Shown here: positions 1 to 11,365 of the stretch, piece by piece
How the letters are laid out: the number at the start of each line of letters is the position of its first letter
Numbering within the stretch: position 1 is the first letter of the stretch
Origin: Lepidodermella squamata
Lineage: Eukaryota > Animalia > Gastrotricha
DNA length: 64,000 nt
Assembly (NCBI GenBank): GCA_047495785.1
Contig: JBLDXI010000055.1
Location: 310,001 to 374,000, forward strand
Reading direction: 5' to 3'
Made by a program: the position numbers and the translations under genes
The notes under the pieces: model-generated
What the model was told of the DNA's origin: nothing
What the model saw: the letters and a program-made list of their open reading frames with translations, nothing else
Databases searched by the model: none

Positions 1-3000
1 TTCCAACACAAGATGATCTCGCTGTCCTACGACAAGGTCGCTAATGAATCGATCCTCATCGACTACCAATTCCGAACATGCGATGTTCAGCGCATGTATA
101 TGGAAGATGCGCATAGCAGTGGCTATTTCCACGGCACCGACCGGCCTATTTTCGTCCCATTCCCTGAAAATTTGGCCGATTTGACCCAATTTAAGATCAA
201 GAAGCTGAACAATCGATGTAAGCTACCCGATATCATTATTTTTATTGCTGTATTGATGTTTGGTTATTTTCCAAAGCGCGCTACCGAGGATTCGGAAATG
301 TTGACGTGTATGAAACCTGCTTCGATGTTCGTCCGATTGCTTTGCGTGTTCTGAAGGAGATCGCGAGCAACGCGAAACCGCCAATACCACCTGATGTACT
401 GGAAGGTTTGCTGCCTAATCCTTCGCCAGTTCGTCTCCGCTGGATTCTGGCTGACCCCAACTGGGAAATGGAAGATGGCCGCGATACCAGCGCCAGCGTT
501 CCTCTTGCCATTGAAGCCGAATTAGCTGTTGGCGTTCCGATCGTCTTCCCTCGCCTCGTTGTCAACGCTACAATCAACTTCGCCAACTTCCACAGCCACT
601 ACCCAGAGGTCGACAGCCAGACGGAAGACTTGATGGAACCGCCACCAGGTGTGCACTGCCCGAATCGCTTCTATCGCGAAGGTGCTGAGCGTAAATTGCC
701 GAAATGGCCGCGCAAGTTCCACATGAAGTCCGAGGCTGTTGTTGTCGAAGACGAGAAGAACGTCGTCTTTGATTCGTCCGATTACTACGACTATGACAGC
801 AAACGCTTCCGTTTCGACATCCGCGTTCAACGCCCGAATAAACAAGGCTCAGAGGTCTACGAAATTCTCCACGACTACGTTAACAGTGAGTTGTTTGAAG
901 CTTTAAATTGGTATTAAACATGATTTTTTTTCATTTAAAGATCTTGTCTACACCATCGACCGAACTGAACGCACCTGCAAGAAGAGGAACTTGGACGAAT
1001 ACAAGGGTGATTTCCAGTTTGACGACAAGCCAATCACTCATTTGCTCCTTCGTCCTTACGATTTGCTTCAAATCGAGGACATGGCTACGACCTACATTGG
1101 AAAGGTATCTAGAGAATCTTTGCTTTAGAATTTCATGAATTTGCATGATTTTACTTAGAAACCTTGCCGGGGTATGGGATGCCATTACTGGTCGGGGCAG
1201 AAAGATCTCGAAATCAAGACAAAGGATGGCAACCCAACATACGGTGTTTTCGGCATTTGGGCGACTCGTCGCAGCTGGAGCTCCAACTTAACGGTCGATG
1301 TACCTGAAGAAGAAGCTGTCTACCATATTGTCAAAATCGAAACTATCATCTATGAGAACCGAGGTGGCTGGAGTGTTGTAAGTTTTTCCTGATCATTTAA
1401 ATCATTTTCATCTTATGGCTGTTATAGGATAAGTACGTCGGTCGAACGAATCTGGAAATCTACGATTACCAAGAGCTGACCGCTAAGAAGGACATTTTCT
1501 TCCTGGTAATACGCCATAATTGTATTTGAGATAGTCCTTTAAATTTTTGATTAAAGGCACCAAATGAGGCATTCTGCGGCTACGAGCTCGACCCAGTAAG
1601 GAACCCTGATATTCCTGACCGCTTCCATTTCCGTGGCGAGTACAACTGGGATGCGCAAAACATGTCATTCCCAATCTACGTCAGTTGTTTTTACGAAATT
1701 TCTCAAGTTTCAATAAGTTATCATAAAATTTAATTTCAGATGAACTACGATGCTGAATGGAACGTCATCCGTTTCGACTATGTGCCGGCTACCCCCAATG
1801 ACAGTCCGACAAGCTTCAAGCAAAGCGTTGTTTTTGATCTCAGATCAAGTAAATTCATTGAAAATTCGAGTTTCTCCTTGCTTATTCCCAATATTTTCGT
1901 CCAGATACTATGTACACTGTCGATCGAGTTTTGGGAACATGTAAAGCTGATACTATTCCAGCTGGTTATGCTGGTGAAGACATTGATCCACTGCGACTTG
2001 TCTGGCCACCAACACTGATTAGCAACTCGAAGCAGGGCCTTTTCAAGTACCAAGGCGTTCGTGGATGCCGTAGCATGGCTTGCGACTTTTTCGAAATGAT
2101 CGTCTCTGATAAGGATGATGAATTTATCACACACGACCTTGAGCTTTTGGGCGATAAATTCATGGAAATTGATCCCACCTTCCCAGCCGCTGAAATTTCA
2201 CACACCATGACTCGATTTTCTGAAAACGCATGGAAGGGTAAACTTGAAGTTCTCGAGCCTCTAAAGCGCAAATCTGTCGACATTTTCGAGTATACCAATT
2301 TGCGTGGGGTCTACTGGGAATACGAGGTTGCTGAGCCGTGTTTTGAAGACGTCAAATATGAATGGATTCGCATCTACTTCAAGCCGAATGAAGAGAAAGG
2401 CATCGATTTCATTCACAACGACTTTTTGCGTATCGAAATGATGGAACAACTTCGCAAAAATGCGTCCAACATCACCCCGTTGCGTATTTCAAAGCTGACC
2501 ATCCGAGAGGACAAAGACGTCGCGAACCAGTTTTCAGTTGAGTTCAAGATCCACGACCGCCATCCAGCTGAACAGTTCTTCGGGCCTAGCCTCCGTGACG
2601 CCGTTGGATCGCTTCGTCATGGCATCAACTCTGGGGAATTCATTGTCAAAATCGTTAGTTATTTCTTTTTATGAATTTCGTGATTTTTTTATAATAAAAT
2701 TACAGTACATCCCTAACGCTGACGGCACCACGGATGTGTACACCTATTCACCTGTACCAGACACCTTCGAAACATGCAGCGAGGCGTGTTCCCTATCCGT
2801 CAATCCCCTGCCCATATTCGAACTCGACCAGGGCTCGCTTGCCGGCACCATCATCGGCAGCCTTCTCGCCGGCCTCATCGTCACCGTCGGCTTTTTGACG
2901 TGGTTCATTAGTCGGAAGCACAACGTGCCGATGAAGGCGCTCTACGTCGGCGATGTGCCCGGCGCTAGCCTATCGACTAATCTCGTCCACCACGACAACA

Positions 3001-3017
3001 CCATCAATGACAGCTAA
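1..3017 (+). CDS. 5'-truncated multi-exon single-pass membrane protein with repeated beta-rich extracellular units (LolA-/ependymin-like metazoan family, tentative)
   Basis: ORFs 13-354, 306-917, 1174-1392, 1740-2018, 1910-2674 and 2538-3017 are linked by short GT-AG introns. Repeated motif Y-T-[IV]-D-R-x3-C (YTIDRTERTC, YTVDRVLGTC). C-terminal TM segment (LAGTIIGSLLAGLIVTVGFLTWFI) and short tail. Family assignment is inference. Confidence 0.6.
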
Positions 3018-3789
3018 ACTGTCCAATCTTACCTGTCACCCATTATGTAACAAGACTGAGAGTTCGAACTGTTCGATAAAAAAATGATTGATTCGCATCT
3101 AGATTATGATGACAGCTCGATATAATAATTATTGCATTTAAGAAGCTGCAGGTGTATGTGGCCGTAAAGTGATGATCAAAGAGTGCGTATAAATAATGAA
3201 TAAAAACACCGACCACACAAATAAAAGTGTCGGCCTTTTGTCTTATCAATCGATTTAAGCATGAATTTTGAGGAGAATACAGCAGCTTTCGACTAGTTGA
3301 CACAACTCTTGTCATCAATATAAAATGATTAGGCTAAAATCCCATAATGTATGCCTTCGAAAGCGATTGCCAATTTTTAAAGATGCAATCGAATGCGACT
3401 ACGACAGGAAACAAGACTACGAAAATTCAAAATTTATTACACTGAATCTTCCGACGATAAACACCGATTTCTATAAGAGGTCGAAGCATCAAGCTCGAAT
3501 GGTTGAAGCTATTGACGAAATCAGCATGAGCCCTGATCTCGGTAAGCTGTTTACTTTTATCCTAAGCTATGATTGTGCGTCCATTCAAAATCTTTTGGAA
3601 AATTTCATAATCATGGCTGACCGAAAAAGTATGGCGGATGAGAAAGCATAACACGTGCCTAAAATGACACATTTAATGCGCGCGAAATTTTCAATTCGTA
3701 TTGCTATACCATGATATGATATCTGCGAAGGCTTGCTACAACAATAACAATCATTAAATCACGCAATTTTTTTCTGCTGATGTAAAATT

Positions 3790-4269
3790 ATGATGGAAAA
3801 TTCGATTCCTTCATGTTCAACTTCAAAGCGGATTGACGCTGCTGTAGAAGCCGTGTTAAGCGGCCGATTGAATCAAACAACGGCAGCTCGAATGTACCAG
3901 GTCAGCCAATCGACGATATCGCGAAGAATTAGCCGAATGAAGACCAGCTCATCCAATTCGTCGCCGAAGCTAGAGCGGTCAAATTCTGAATTTCCGCTTC
4001 TCTCAGAAAAGCAAGCTCAAGAGCTGCTTATGATGCACCTCGCTCGCCAACTCGCCCAGCCGTCGCCGCCAGGTTCAGTCGGAGAATTCACCGAGGAGAA
4101 TTCGCCAATCGATTTGTCAGCCCCTCAAAAAATCAGACGGCTGGATTCGCCCATCACTGTCATTCCTAATGATGACATCCCAGAAATAATTGATCTCTCG
4201 ATTGTTTCGAAGAAAAAAGCCTCTGAGAATATTAGCTCAGCTGCGCCAGCTGAAATAAAATCTGAATAA
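3790..4269 (+). CDS. Psq-type helix-turn-helix region with PxDLS (CtBP-binding-like) motifs; possibly the N-terminal exon of the downstream NB-ARC/ankyrin gene
   Basis: IDAAVEAVLSGRLNQTTAARMYQVSQSTISRRI matches the Psq/CENP-B HTH pattern. PIDLS and IIDLS follow. Confidence 0.6.
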   Translation: MMENSIPSCSTSKRIDAAVEAVLSGRLNQTTAARMYQVSQSTISRRISRMKTSSSNSSPKLERSNSEFPLLSEKQAQELLMMHLARQLAQPSPPGSVGEFTEENSPIDLSAPQKIRRLDSPITVIPNDDIPEIIDLSIVSKKKASENISSAAPAEIKSE

Positions 4270-4327
4270 TTTTTAAATTTTTAGGCATTATTGACCTCTA
4301 AACTGTCTAATTTATATCATAGGTATT

Positions 4328-6702
4328 TTGGTAATTACTGGAGCTAGTGGCGTTGGAAAAACAACTCTGCTATCGAGCATTTTCAGGCCAAATCCAGGCA
4401 ATAACAACAATGGAAATACGATCGTGTTTTGGCTCAACGGATCGCGGTATTCTACAACAGATGAAGAATTACCGGATGAAGACGCCGCTGAGCAACGGCT
4501 CGAATCTGATTTACTTGCAATGGCTCGAAAATTCGATGAAAATTTTAATTTGGATAATCCTAATCAGATATTTGAATACTTCAAAAGCAAGCATTCGCGA
4601 CGTGTTCTATTCGTATTTGACGAAATGATGGTTGCTGGAGCTGGAGATTCCCCATGCATTATCGTGACTGCTAATCTTGCCCTATTAAATAAGCCGGACT
4701 CAAACAAACGAGTCGAACACTTGAACCTGATGTCAACTGATGGGATTCGCAATTTTGTCTCGAAAATTCACGGACTCGACAGTCGCCTGTCTTGCGACCA
4801 GCTGGATAATCTCGCTAAAATGAGCAATGGATCGCCTTTATTAGCCAGTCTATTGGCCGGTTTATTCAAGGGGCTCTCTGAAAACGAGTCATGGGATGAA
4901 ACTTACGCCGATTTCATGTCATTCTACGACCCGCAAAAAGTTAGCCCTATTCTCTTTTTACAGGTATATTATTAAAATTTTATTTTATTCTTTGTTTAGT
5001 TTGGAGAAGATCGAATCAATCATTTTTTCGAGTACTCATTCAGCTTTTTGCATCACCAGTGGCGAAAATGTTACTATGCATTTCTACTGTTTAGTCGCGG
5101 GGACGATGTTCCAATTGAAACTTTAAAGCTGTTCTGGTATCGCTTTTGCCCTCAGCTGAGCGCTGATTTGCTCATCAATTTCTTGAAAGCTCGGTCTTTG
5201 GTGGTTGAATCTACGGATCGGAGCCGCTTGACTGTTCATTCGGAACTTTTCGATGCAGCCCTTCGAGTGGCATCTTTCGACTATGAATTCAGCGACGCAG
5301 ATGACAAGCTTCAAAAGCTCAGGCTTCAACTGATTTCCAGCACGGATGAAATGTTCATGTTTCAAATAGCTCGGGAACGAAACTCTGATTTGTTGGCGCA
5401 CTTGATTCTGAAGCTTTCCGCCGCTAGCTTGGCGCAATTAGTTCGGCGTCCATCTGAGAATCGGACTTTTCTGCAATTTTTACATCGCCTAGATTGGCGG
5501 GCTGAAAACCGCGAATTCAACATTGCACATCGATTCATTCGCCTAATTATAACGAAAATGAATAAGATGTTGACACCAAACGAAGTTCTCAACGCGATAA
5601 ATCATCGTCCCGTCGGTGCTGATGAGTCATCGTTTCTAATAGACGCCTTTGACGACAAAATGTTGGGGGAAAAGTATGAATTCACGCCATTAATTTTACG
5701 TTGGTGGGGAATTTACGAAGACTTCGACTGGAAACGGCAGGTTTTAAGTGATCCGTATAGCTGTGAGGTTATCGTAGCAGCCATTAAAGGGGACGTTCAG
5801 GCGATTGAGGATTCGTTTCCAGGCGCAACAGAAGATGAATATCGCGAAGCTTTTGCAGCAGCGGCAAGGTATAACCAAGCGGCTGTGATCGATTCGTTGT
5901 ATCTCCTACTGGAAAGCAGCCAGGTATCGAATGATTTTCTCTCGGCAATCAATTATCGATTAATCTTCTTTAACAGGTGATAACCAGCGATTGTATTACT
6001 GATGCCGTAATGTTTTCAGTCTCAGCCGGAAATCTTGAAGCTGTTCAAAAGCTGTGTCAACTCGATCGAACGGCGGCAATAGTTCAAAATAAGCACGGAA
6101 AGACTGCAATGTATGTTGCAAGCGAGAACGGCCATCGTGATGTTGTCGAATTTTTGATCGAGGCAAATGATACGATTATAACGATACCAGATTTAATCGG
6201 CAGATCTTGCCTGCATGCGGCTTCAGCAGCGGGATATTTACGAGTTGTACAGTTGCTATGGGAACACTACCCTGTTGCGGTTAATCTACGCGACCTAGCC
6301 GACGAGGCTACTCCCTTTCACCTGGCAGCTCAAGGCGGCCATCTCGATGTTTTGGTATTCCTACTCGATAAATTTCCCGAAGCCGTAGATCAGCTCGATT
6401 CACGCCGAGCTAGCGCTCTATGGGTAGCTGCTGAAAACGGCCATTTGGAGGTGGTTAAATTTCTAGCAAAATTTGACGACGGAAAATTGATTTCTCTTTC
6501 TAATTATTTGGACGAGACGCCGCTGGTTGCAGCTGTTCGGAAGGGACATCTTGATGTTATCAAGTACTTGGTCAACCGCGACTCTAACTGCGTTCAGCGA
6601 CCTGATCATTTGGGCATGACGCCTTATCGACACGCGAAACAAGTCGGCTTTCCGGAAGTTTTGAAATTCTTCGAGAAAAAATTTCCCGCAGCAACTTTGT
6701 AA
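4328..6702 (+). CDS. STAND/NB-ARC-like NTPase with winged helix and C-terminal ankyrin repeats
   Basis: Walker A GASGVGKT, Walker B LFVFDE, GxP (GSPL), winged-helix-like YSFSFL..WRKCY, MHD-like VHS. In-frame introns 4940(or 4964)-4999 and 5924-5977. About six ankyrin repeats in 5977-6702. Confidence 0.75.
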
Positions 6703-7052
6703 AATTAATTGTCCGGCTCAAAATGCTATAATTTTCCCACATTATTACAATAAAAATTAGGCGATGAAGTAAATAGTTTTCCTAACTTGAGCATCTGAGC
6801 CGCAAATCTCGAATCATACATACATTTCACCGGCAGTCCGCTGCAGTACGTCGCACTGATGAGCTGATGATGAGGAGGCATATTTTTGCTGAAATCAATT
6901 CTTATATTGACAGTAGAAAAGATTTGGAACTGACTATTCAATTTCATCAATGCTCTGGCTGAGATTAAAATAGTTTTGAAACTGATTGAAACTGACGATT
7001 CCGTTCTCAAAATAGATCAAAATAGTTTTATCAAGTTCTGAAAAATGACATT

Positions 7053-7124
7053 TAGCAGAGCGTAGTTTCGATCTACAGACCTCTGGGTTATGGGCCCAGC
7101 GCGCTTCCACTGCGCCACTCTGCT
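7053..7124 (-). tRNA. Initiator tRNA-Met (CAT)
   Basis: AGCAGAGTGGCGCAGTGGAAGCGCGCTGGGCCCATAACCCAG...ATCGAAA...CTCTGCTA. Has the A1-U72 pair and AUCG T-loop of eukaryotic tRNAi. Confidence 0.95.
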
Positions 7125-7299
7125 TGTCTGATTCTTGGTATCTCCGTCGATCTTGTAAGACGAAAGCATGGAAATTGATAATTGGTATCTTGACTCACGT
7201 TTGACTCAGGACTCAATTAAGAACTCAACTAATTCTTCGCCAAGACGGAGCTAGAAAAGGAATCCTGATATATAATGAATCCAAGGGTTCCAACATGGC

Positions 7300-7371
7300 G
7301 GCTCAGTAGCTTAGTGGTAGAGCGTCTGTCTCGTAAACAGAAGATCGCGGGTTCAATTCCCGCCTGGGCCT
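7300..7371 (+). tRNA. tRNA-Thr (CGT)
   Basis: Acceptor stem GGCTCAG/CTGGGCC, anticodon arm TCTGT-CTCGTAA-ACAGA, TTCAA T-loop. Confidence 0.95.
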
Positions 7372-7438
7372 AACCTCTATTTTATACTACAGTTCAAGAG
7401 TGAAACTAGACTTGTTCAAGTTTACTGGAGCTTTTCAT

Positions 7439-7733
7439 GGCTGGAAGCAGTGGTGTGCTTCTGTAACTCTGCGACTTGAGAGCCGGGCTTGCCGAATGGC
7501 TGGCCGGTGGGAGTCCTGTCTCTGGATGTCACATGTCGATCGAGCGCCCCGTGTAAGTACGCCATCAACATGGTCGGTGCGGCGGAGGCCGTACTGCCCA
7601 GGTTGCGTAATGACACGTCAAAGGTCAGGTCCTAACGGAAGCAGCCTAACGATGTGCGTGGTGAGCGGTACCGGGACAGTGCTTGTGAATGTGCGCCTTA
7701 GCCAGCCCATCGGTTCAGCTGGACGCAAACCTT
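7439..7733 (+). ncRNA. 7SL / SRP RNA (copy 1)
   Basis: ~295 nt. Alu domain with TGTAA motif, helix 6 with GGAG loop, helix 8 GGTCAGGTCC-TAAC-GGAAGCAGCC, oligo-T terminator. Confidence 0.9.
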
Positions 7734-7816
7734 TTTTATTTTTTTTGCGCCTCCACAATAAAAGTAATCAACGTCGATTAAATTTTTATGGCAAAGGTTA
7801 AGTCTCAATCACGGAT

Positions 7817-9037
7817 TTAACCCTTGATAAGGATTGCGAACACGATACCGTGAATAATGACGGTCACAATAACAGAGATAGCGAAACACGAGTAGTCAAT
7901 AGCCGATAAAGCTTGAATTTTTCCAAGGCCAGGCGACTTGATAAATTTGTGCTTCCAGTTCTCGCGCGAGCATAGAAAGTTCATTGCGCAAAAATACACC
8001 GTTAGAACAGTTCCAAGCCATAGCAGACCTGTTAGATATAGCGAAACGTAGATAGGTTCACTGGATTGAGGAAGCTTTTCGTCGACAATGGCTTGCAGAA
8101 GGAAGTATGTCATAACAATTGTCAGAGTAAAAGTAGGCCGGTTACTGTCATTTGGTGGAATGAGGAACGCGCCAAGTATCATCAAGAACAAAGCAATCGT
8201 TGGAACGAATATGCTCAGTAAATAAGATATACTTCTTCTCTTCAGGATGTAACCGTAGCTGAACCTGGTGTAATTAGATTTGCCGTAAGGTACTTGTCCC
8301 TCGAAGTAGTAAAGGTCTTTCAACTCCCAAACATCGGCAACGCTAATGAAATCTGGTGGTACAGGCGAGGTCTTGCCGGTGATGGGGTCAGAATAAGATG
8401 CTGGAAAGCCCAAGTTGGTTCCAGTGACTAACGTTGTAGGAGACCAGGCTTGAAATTCCAGGAAGCATGTCACGGAATCAAATGGAAACCTGGTGATATT
8501 TGAAGCCAGATCACAATATGAAACAAATTTCCCAACCGCATCGTAGCCAGCTTTACCTTTCCTATCGATGTAGTGAGTGGTGAAACGATTTGAGCCTGCT
8601 ATGTCATCGACTGAGAATACTTCTTCAGCTCCGTTCGGTTGCCAGAGCACTGGAAACCACATCGGATAGTTGCCGCTATTTGAAAAGTCGATGGGACGAA
8701 TTCGCCAAACGTGACCCCAGTTGGGATCATTTAACCAAGGTGGGCAATCGACAAAGTTCCATTGCACAATGACGAATCCCGTAATCGAAATGTGTTCCAA
8801 GGTGTCATCGATGCCGTTGAATTTCACATTCTGAAATCGGACCTCAATGTTGATTTTGTCGTTGTAATTATTCACTGGTCGGGTAACTCTTTTGAGCGAC
8901 GGGCATCTCTCAAAGATTATATAGGCTAGTTCCTCTTCTTCGGACAATCCGGAGCTCTCGTTGCGAGGAGGCAACGGTTCATATCCAGATGTTAAATGAA
9001 TAATTACAGCTGCTACAACGAGCATCATTGTCACCAT
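7817..9037 (-). CDS. Intronless Cys-loop ligand-gated ion channel subunit (divergent)
   Basis: Signal peptide, WxP motif (MWFPVLW), Cys-loop with FPFD, four TM segments. Confidence 0.85.
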   Translation of the reverse strand: MVTMMLVVAAVIIHLTSGYEPLPPRNESSGLSEEEELAYIIFERCPSLKRVTRPVNNYNDKINIEVRFQNVKFNGIDDTLEHISITGFVIVQWNFVDCPPWLNDPNWGHVWRIRPIDFSNSGNYPMWFPVLWQPNGAEEVFSVDDIAGSNRFTTHYIDRKGKAGYDAVGKFVSYCDLASNITRFPFDSVTCFLEFQAWSPTTLVTGTNLGFPASYSDPITGKTSPVPPDFISVADVWELKDLYYFEGQVPYGKSNYTRFSYGYILKRRSISYLLSIFVPTIALFLMILGAFLIPPNDSNRPTFTLTIVMTYFLLQAIVDEKLPQSSEPIYVSLYLTGLLWLGTVLTVYFCAMNFLCSRENWKHKFIKSPGLGKIQALSAIDYSCFAISVIVTVIIHGIVFAILIKG

Positions 9038-10674
9038 TTTATGAGCTAAGATGTCGCTGAATTAGACAAAAATCGGCGATAAAAATGGTATGCATACTCC
9101 GGTTTCAACATGACAAGGATAGATCCGTGTTCGCTAGATGTTGATCATGTTCAAACAGAACGATAAAAATGTAATGTTTGAATAGCCACACATTATAAAA
9201 CATGTATTAACATTATCAAACACATTCGGCTTACATATTCCATTAATTTTTTATAAAAAATGTTGCTTCCGGCCACAATTTTCGTCGGCAACCAATTACA
9301 CACCAATTATGCACCACGCGGTGAATGCCAAAAGGAATCGTCAACGGCAGCTAAAGTATCACCTGAAGCACTGTAAAATGCGGATAGTGGAACTCGATGA
9401 AGTCATCAGGCTGAACTTGGGACCGCTGGTTCTCGGGTATAGCGAAGTTGTTGATTCCATACTCGTCCATGTTCGATGAGTTCCAAGAAGCTGCAGGGCC
9501 CACCATACGTCGAAATAGATGATTGGTTCAAATGGCTTTTCCAATTTTTTTTCTTCTATTTCCATATCTGTTTCAACGTTCAATCATCGATAAATAAATT
9601 CAAATGATTATGATATTTCCATATCTACTTCCCCAACTGAATGGCTATTACTTATTAGACGTCGGAGTTTTTGACTTGCCTATATGTGCCGCAGTCACTC
9701 AAAATTGCGACGCTCACCATTTCACTCAAATTAAACCCTTGCCAGTTTCCCTAAAATCAGCGCGGCCGATTCCGCTTTATTACGTTAATGATCATAGACG
9801 CAACGAGCGAACAGCGCTGGAACAAATTTGACCAAAAATGCAACTACAAGCAAAAATGCAAAACACCCATGCGGGTATTGGGACGGCGACGGGCGATCAG
9901 CTCGAGTCCGAGAGGGATCAGTCGCGAACAGCCTGCTTTTTTTATTATAAAATTCATAATTTTCGATAGGCAAGCCATCTGCCATTCATCACGATTTCTG
10001 CCTGCGATTTCAACTAATTCCCAATTAGCTACTAATTTAATTTTGGTGCGCCGCAAGTTTAAGATCGATTTCCTGGGCCTCCTGGAACACATTTGTTCGC
10101 TGGAAAAATGTTGCGAACATTGCGCGTCATTTTCCAGAAGCTCCCGCTCTCTACTACCGCGGCTGACCTGGAGACTGTTCGCTGAACAAGGCGTGCGCAG
10201 CGATATTTTGAAAATAAATGTCGTCGCGGTTCCGGGCGGTTTTCTGCAATTCGGAAGGAGCAGCACTTTTTCCATCAATATATGGCTCGAATGTCCGAGT
10301 GGCTGACAGCTGCTCCGAAGTTCAGGTCGAGTTGTTCGGCAGCAAACTTCGTAATGGCGCAGGTTGCTGTCGGGTCGTTCCTAAATCCGAATTTGCCGAA
10401 AATTAAGCAGTTTACTGTTGGAACGTGCCAGCTGAAGTAACTCGCACCGAATTTGTCGCCAAGCTTCAGTTGCAGTCTAACGATAATTGTACGAAAGTTT
10501 GTATACATTTCACCGGCAGTCCTCTGCAGTACGTCGCACTGATGAGCTGATGATGAGTTGGAATAATTTTTGCTGAAATTAGTTCTTATATTGACAGTAG
10601 AAAAGATTGAAACTGACGATTCCGTTCTCAAAATAGATCAAAATAGTTTTATCAAGTTCTGAAAAAATGACATT

Positions 10675-10746
10675 TAGCAGAGCATAGGTTCGATCTACAG
10701 ACCTCTGGGTTATGGGCCCAGCGCGCTTCCACTGCGCCACTCTGCT
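10675..10746 (-). tRNA. Initiator tRNA-Met (CAT), copy 2, with two T-arm substitutions
   Basis: Identical to copy 1 except T-loop ATCGAAC and T-stem 3' strand CTATG. Confidence 0.8.
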
Positions 10747-10923
10747 TGTCTGGTTCTTGGTATCTGCAGCGATCTTGTAAACGAAAGCATGGAAATTGAT
10801 AATTACTTATTTTGACTCAAGTTTTACTCATGATTCAATTAAGAATTTAACTAATTATGGGCCAAGCTATGACGCTAGAAAAGGAATCCTCATTCATAAT
10901 GGATCCAAGGGTTCCAACATGGC

Positions 10924-10995
10924 GGCTCAGTAGCTTAGTGGTAGAGCGTCTGTCTCGTAAACAGAAGATCGCGGGTTCAATTCCCGCCTGGGCCT
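10924..10995 (+). tRNA. tRNA-Thr (CGT), copy 2
   Basis: Identical to 7300-7371. Confidence 0.95.
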
Positions 10996-11071
10996 ATCCT
11001 CTATTTTATACTCGCTCATTGAAATCATCAGTGAAATGGCAGACTTAATCAAGTTTACTAAAGCATCTAAT

Positions 11072-11365
11072 GGCTGGAAGCAGTGGCGTGCTTCTGTAAC
11101 TCAGCGACTTGAGAGCCGGGCTTGCCGGATGGCTGGCCGGTGGGAGTCCTGTCTCTGGATGTCACATGTCGATCGAGCGCCCCGTGTAAGTACGCCATCA
11201 ACATGGTCGGTGCGGCGGAGGCCGTACTGCCCAGGTTGCGTAATGACACGTCAAAGGTCAGGTCCTAACGGAAGCAGCCTAACGATGTGCGTGGTGAGCG
11301 GTACCGGGACAGTGCTTGTGAATGTGCGCCTTAGCCAGCCCATCGGTTCAGCTGGACGCAAATCT
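11072..11365 (+). ncRNA. 7SL / SRP RNA (copy 2)
   Basis: Nearly identical to copy 1, followed by a T run. Confidence 0.9.

Larger units (their letters stand above)
6818..7735. repeat. Copy 1 of a duplicated ~0.9-kb Pol III cassette (tRNAiMet / tRNAThr / 7SL)
   Basis: Near-identical to 10502-11370, apart from an indel near 6935-6990. Confidence 0.9.

Noticed and set aside
6845-6935. CTGATGAG...GAAA (also 10539-10616) as a hammerhead ribozyme or C/D snoRNA
   Set aside because: No valid stems I or II and no UH cleavage site. As a snoRNA it lacks a terminal stem and the putative guides differ between copies.
7400-7801. 133/135-aa ORFs repeated at 7400 and 11036
   Set aside because: Spurious translations of 7SL RNA.
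9785-10631. Overlapping 118-172-aa ORFs between the cassettes
   Set aside because: No recognisable domain or consistent frame. At most a decayed relic.
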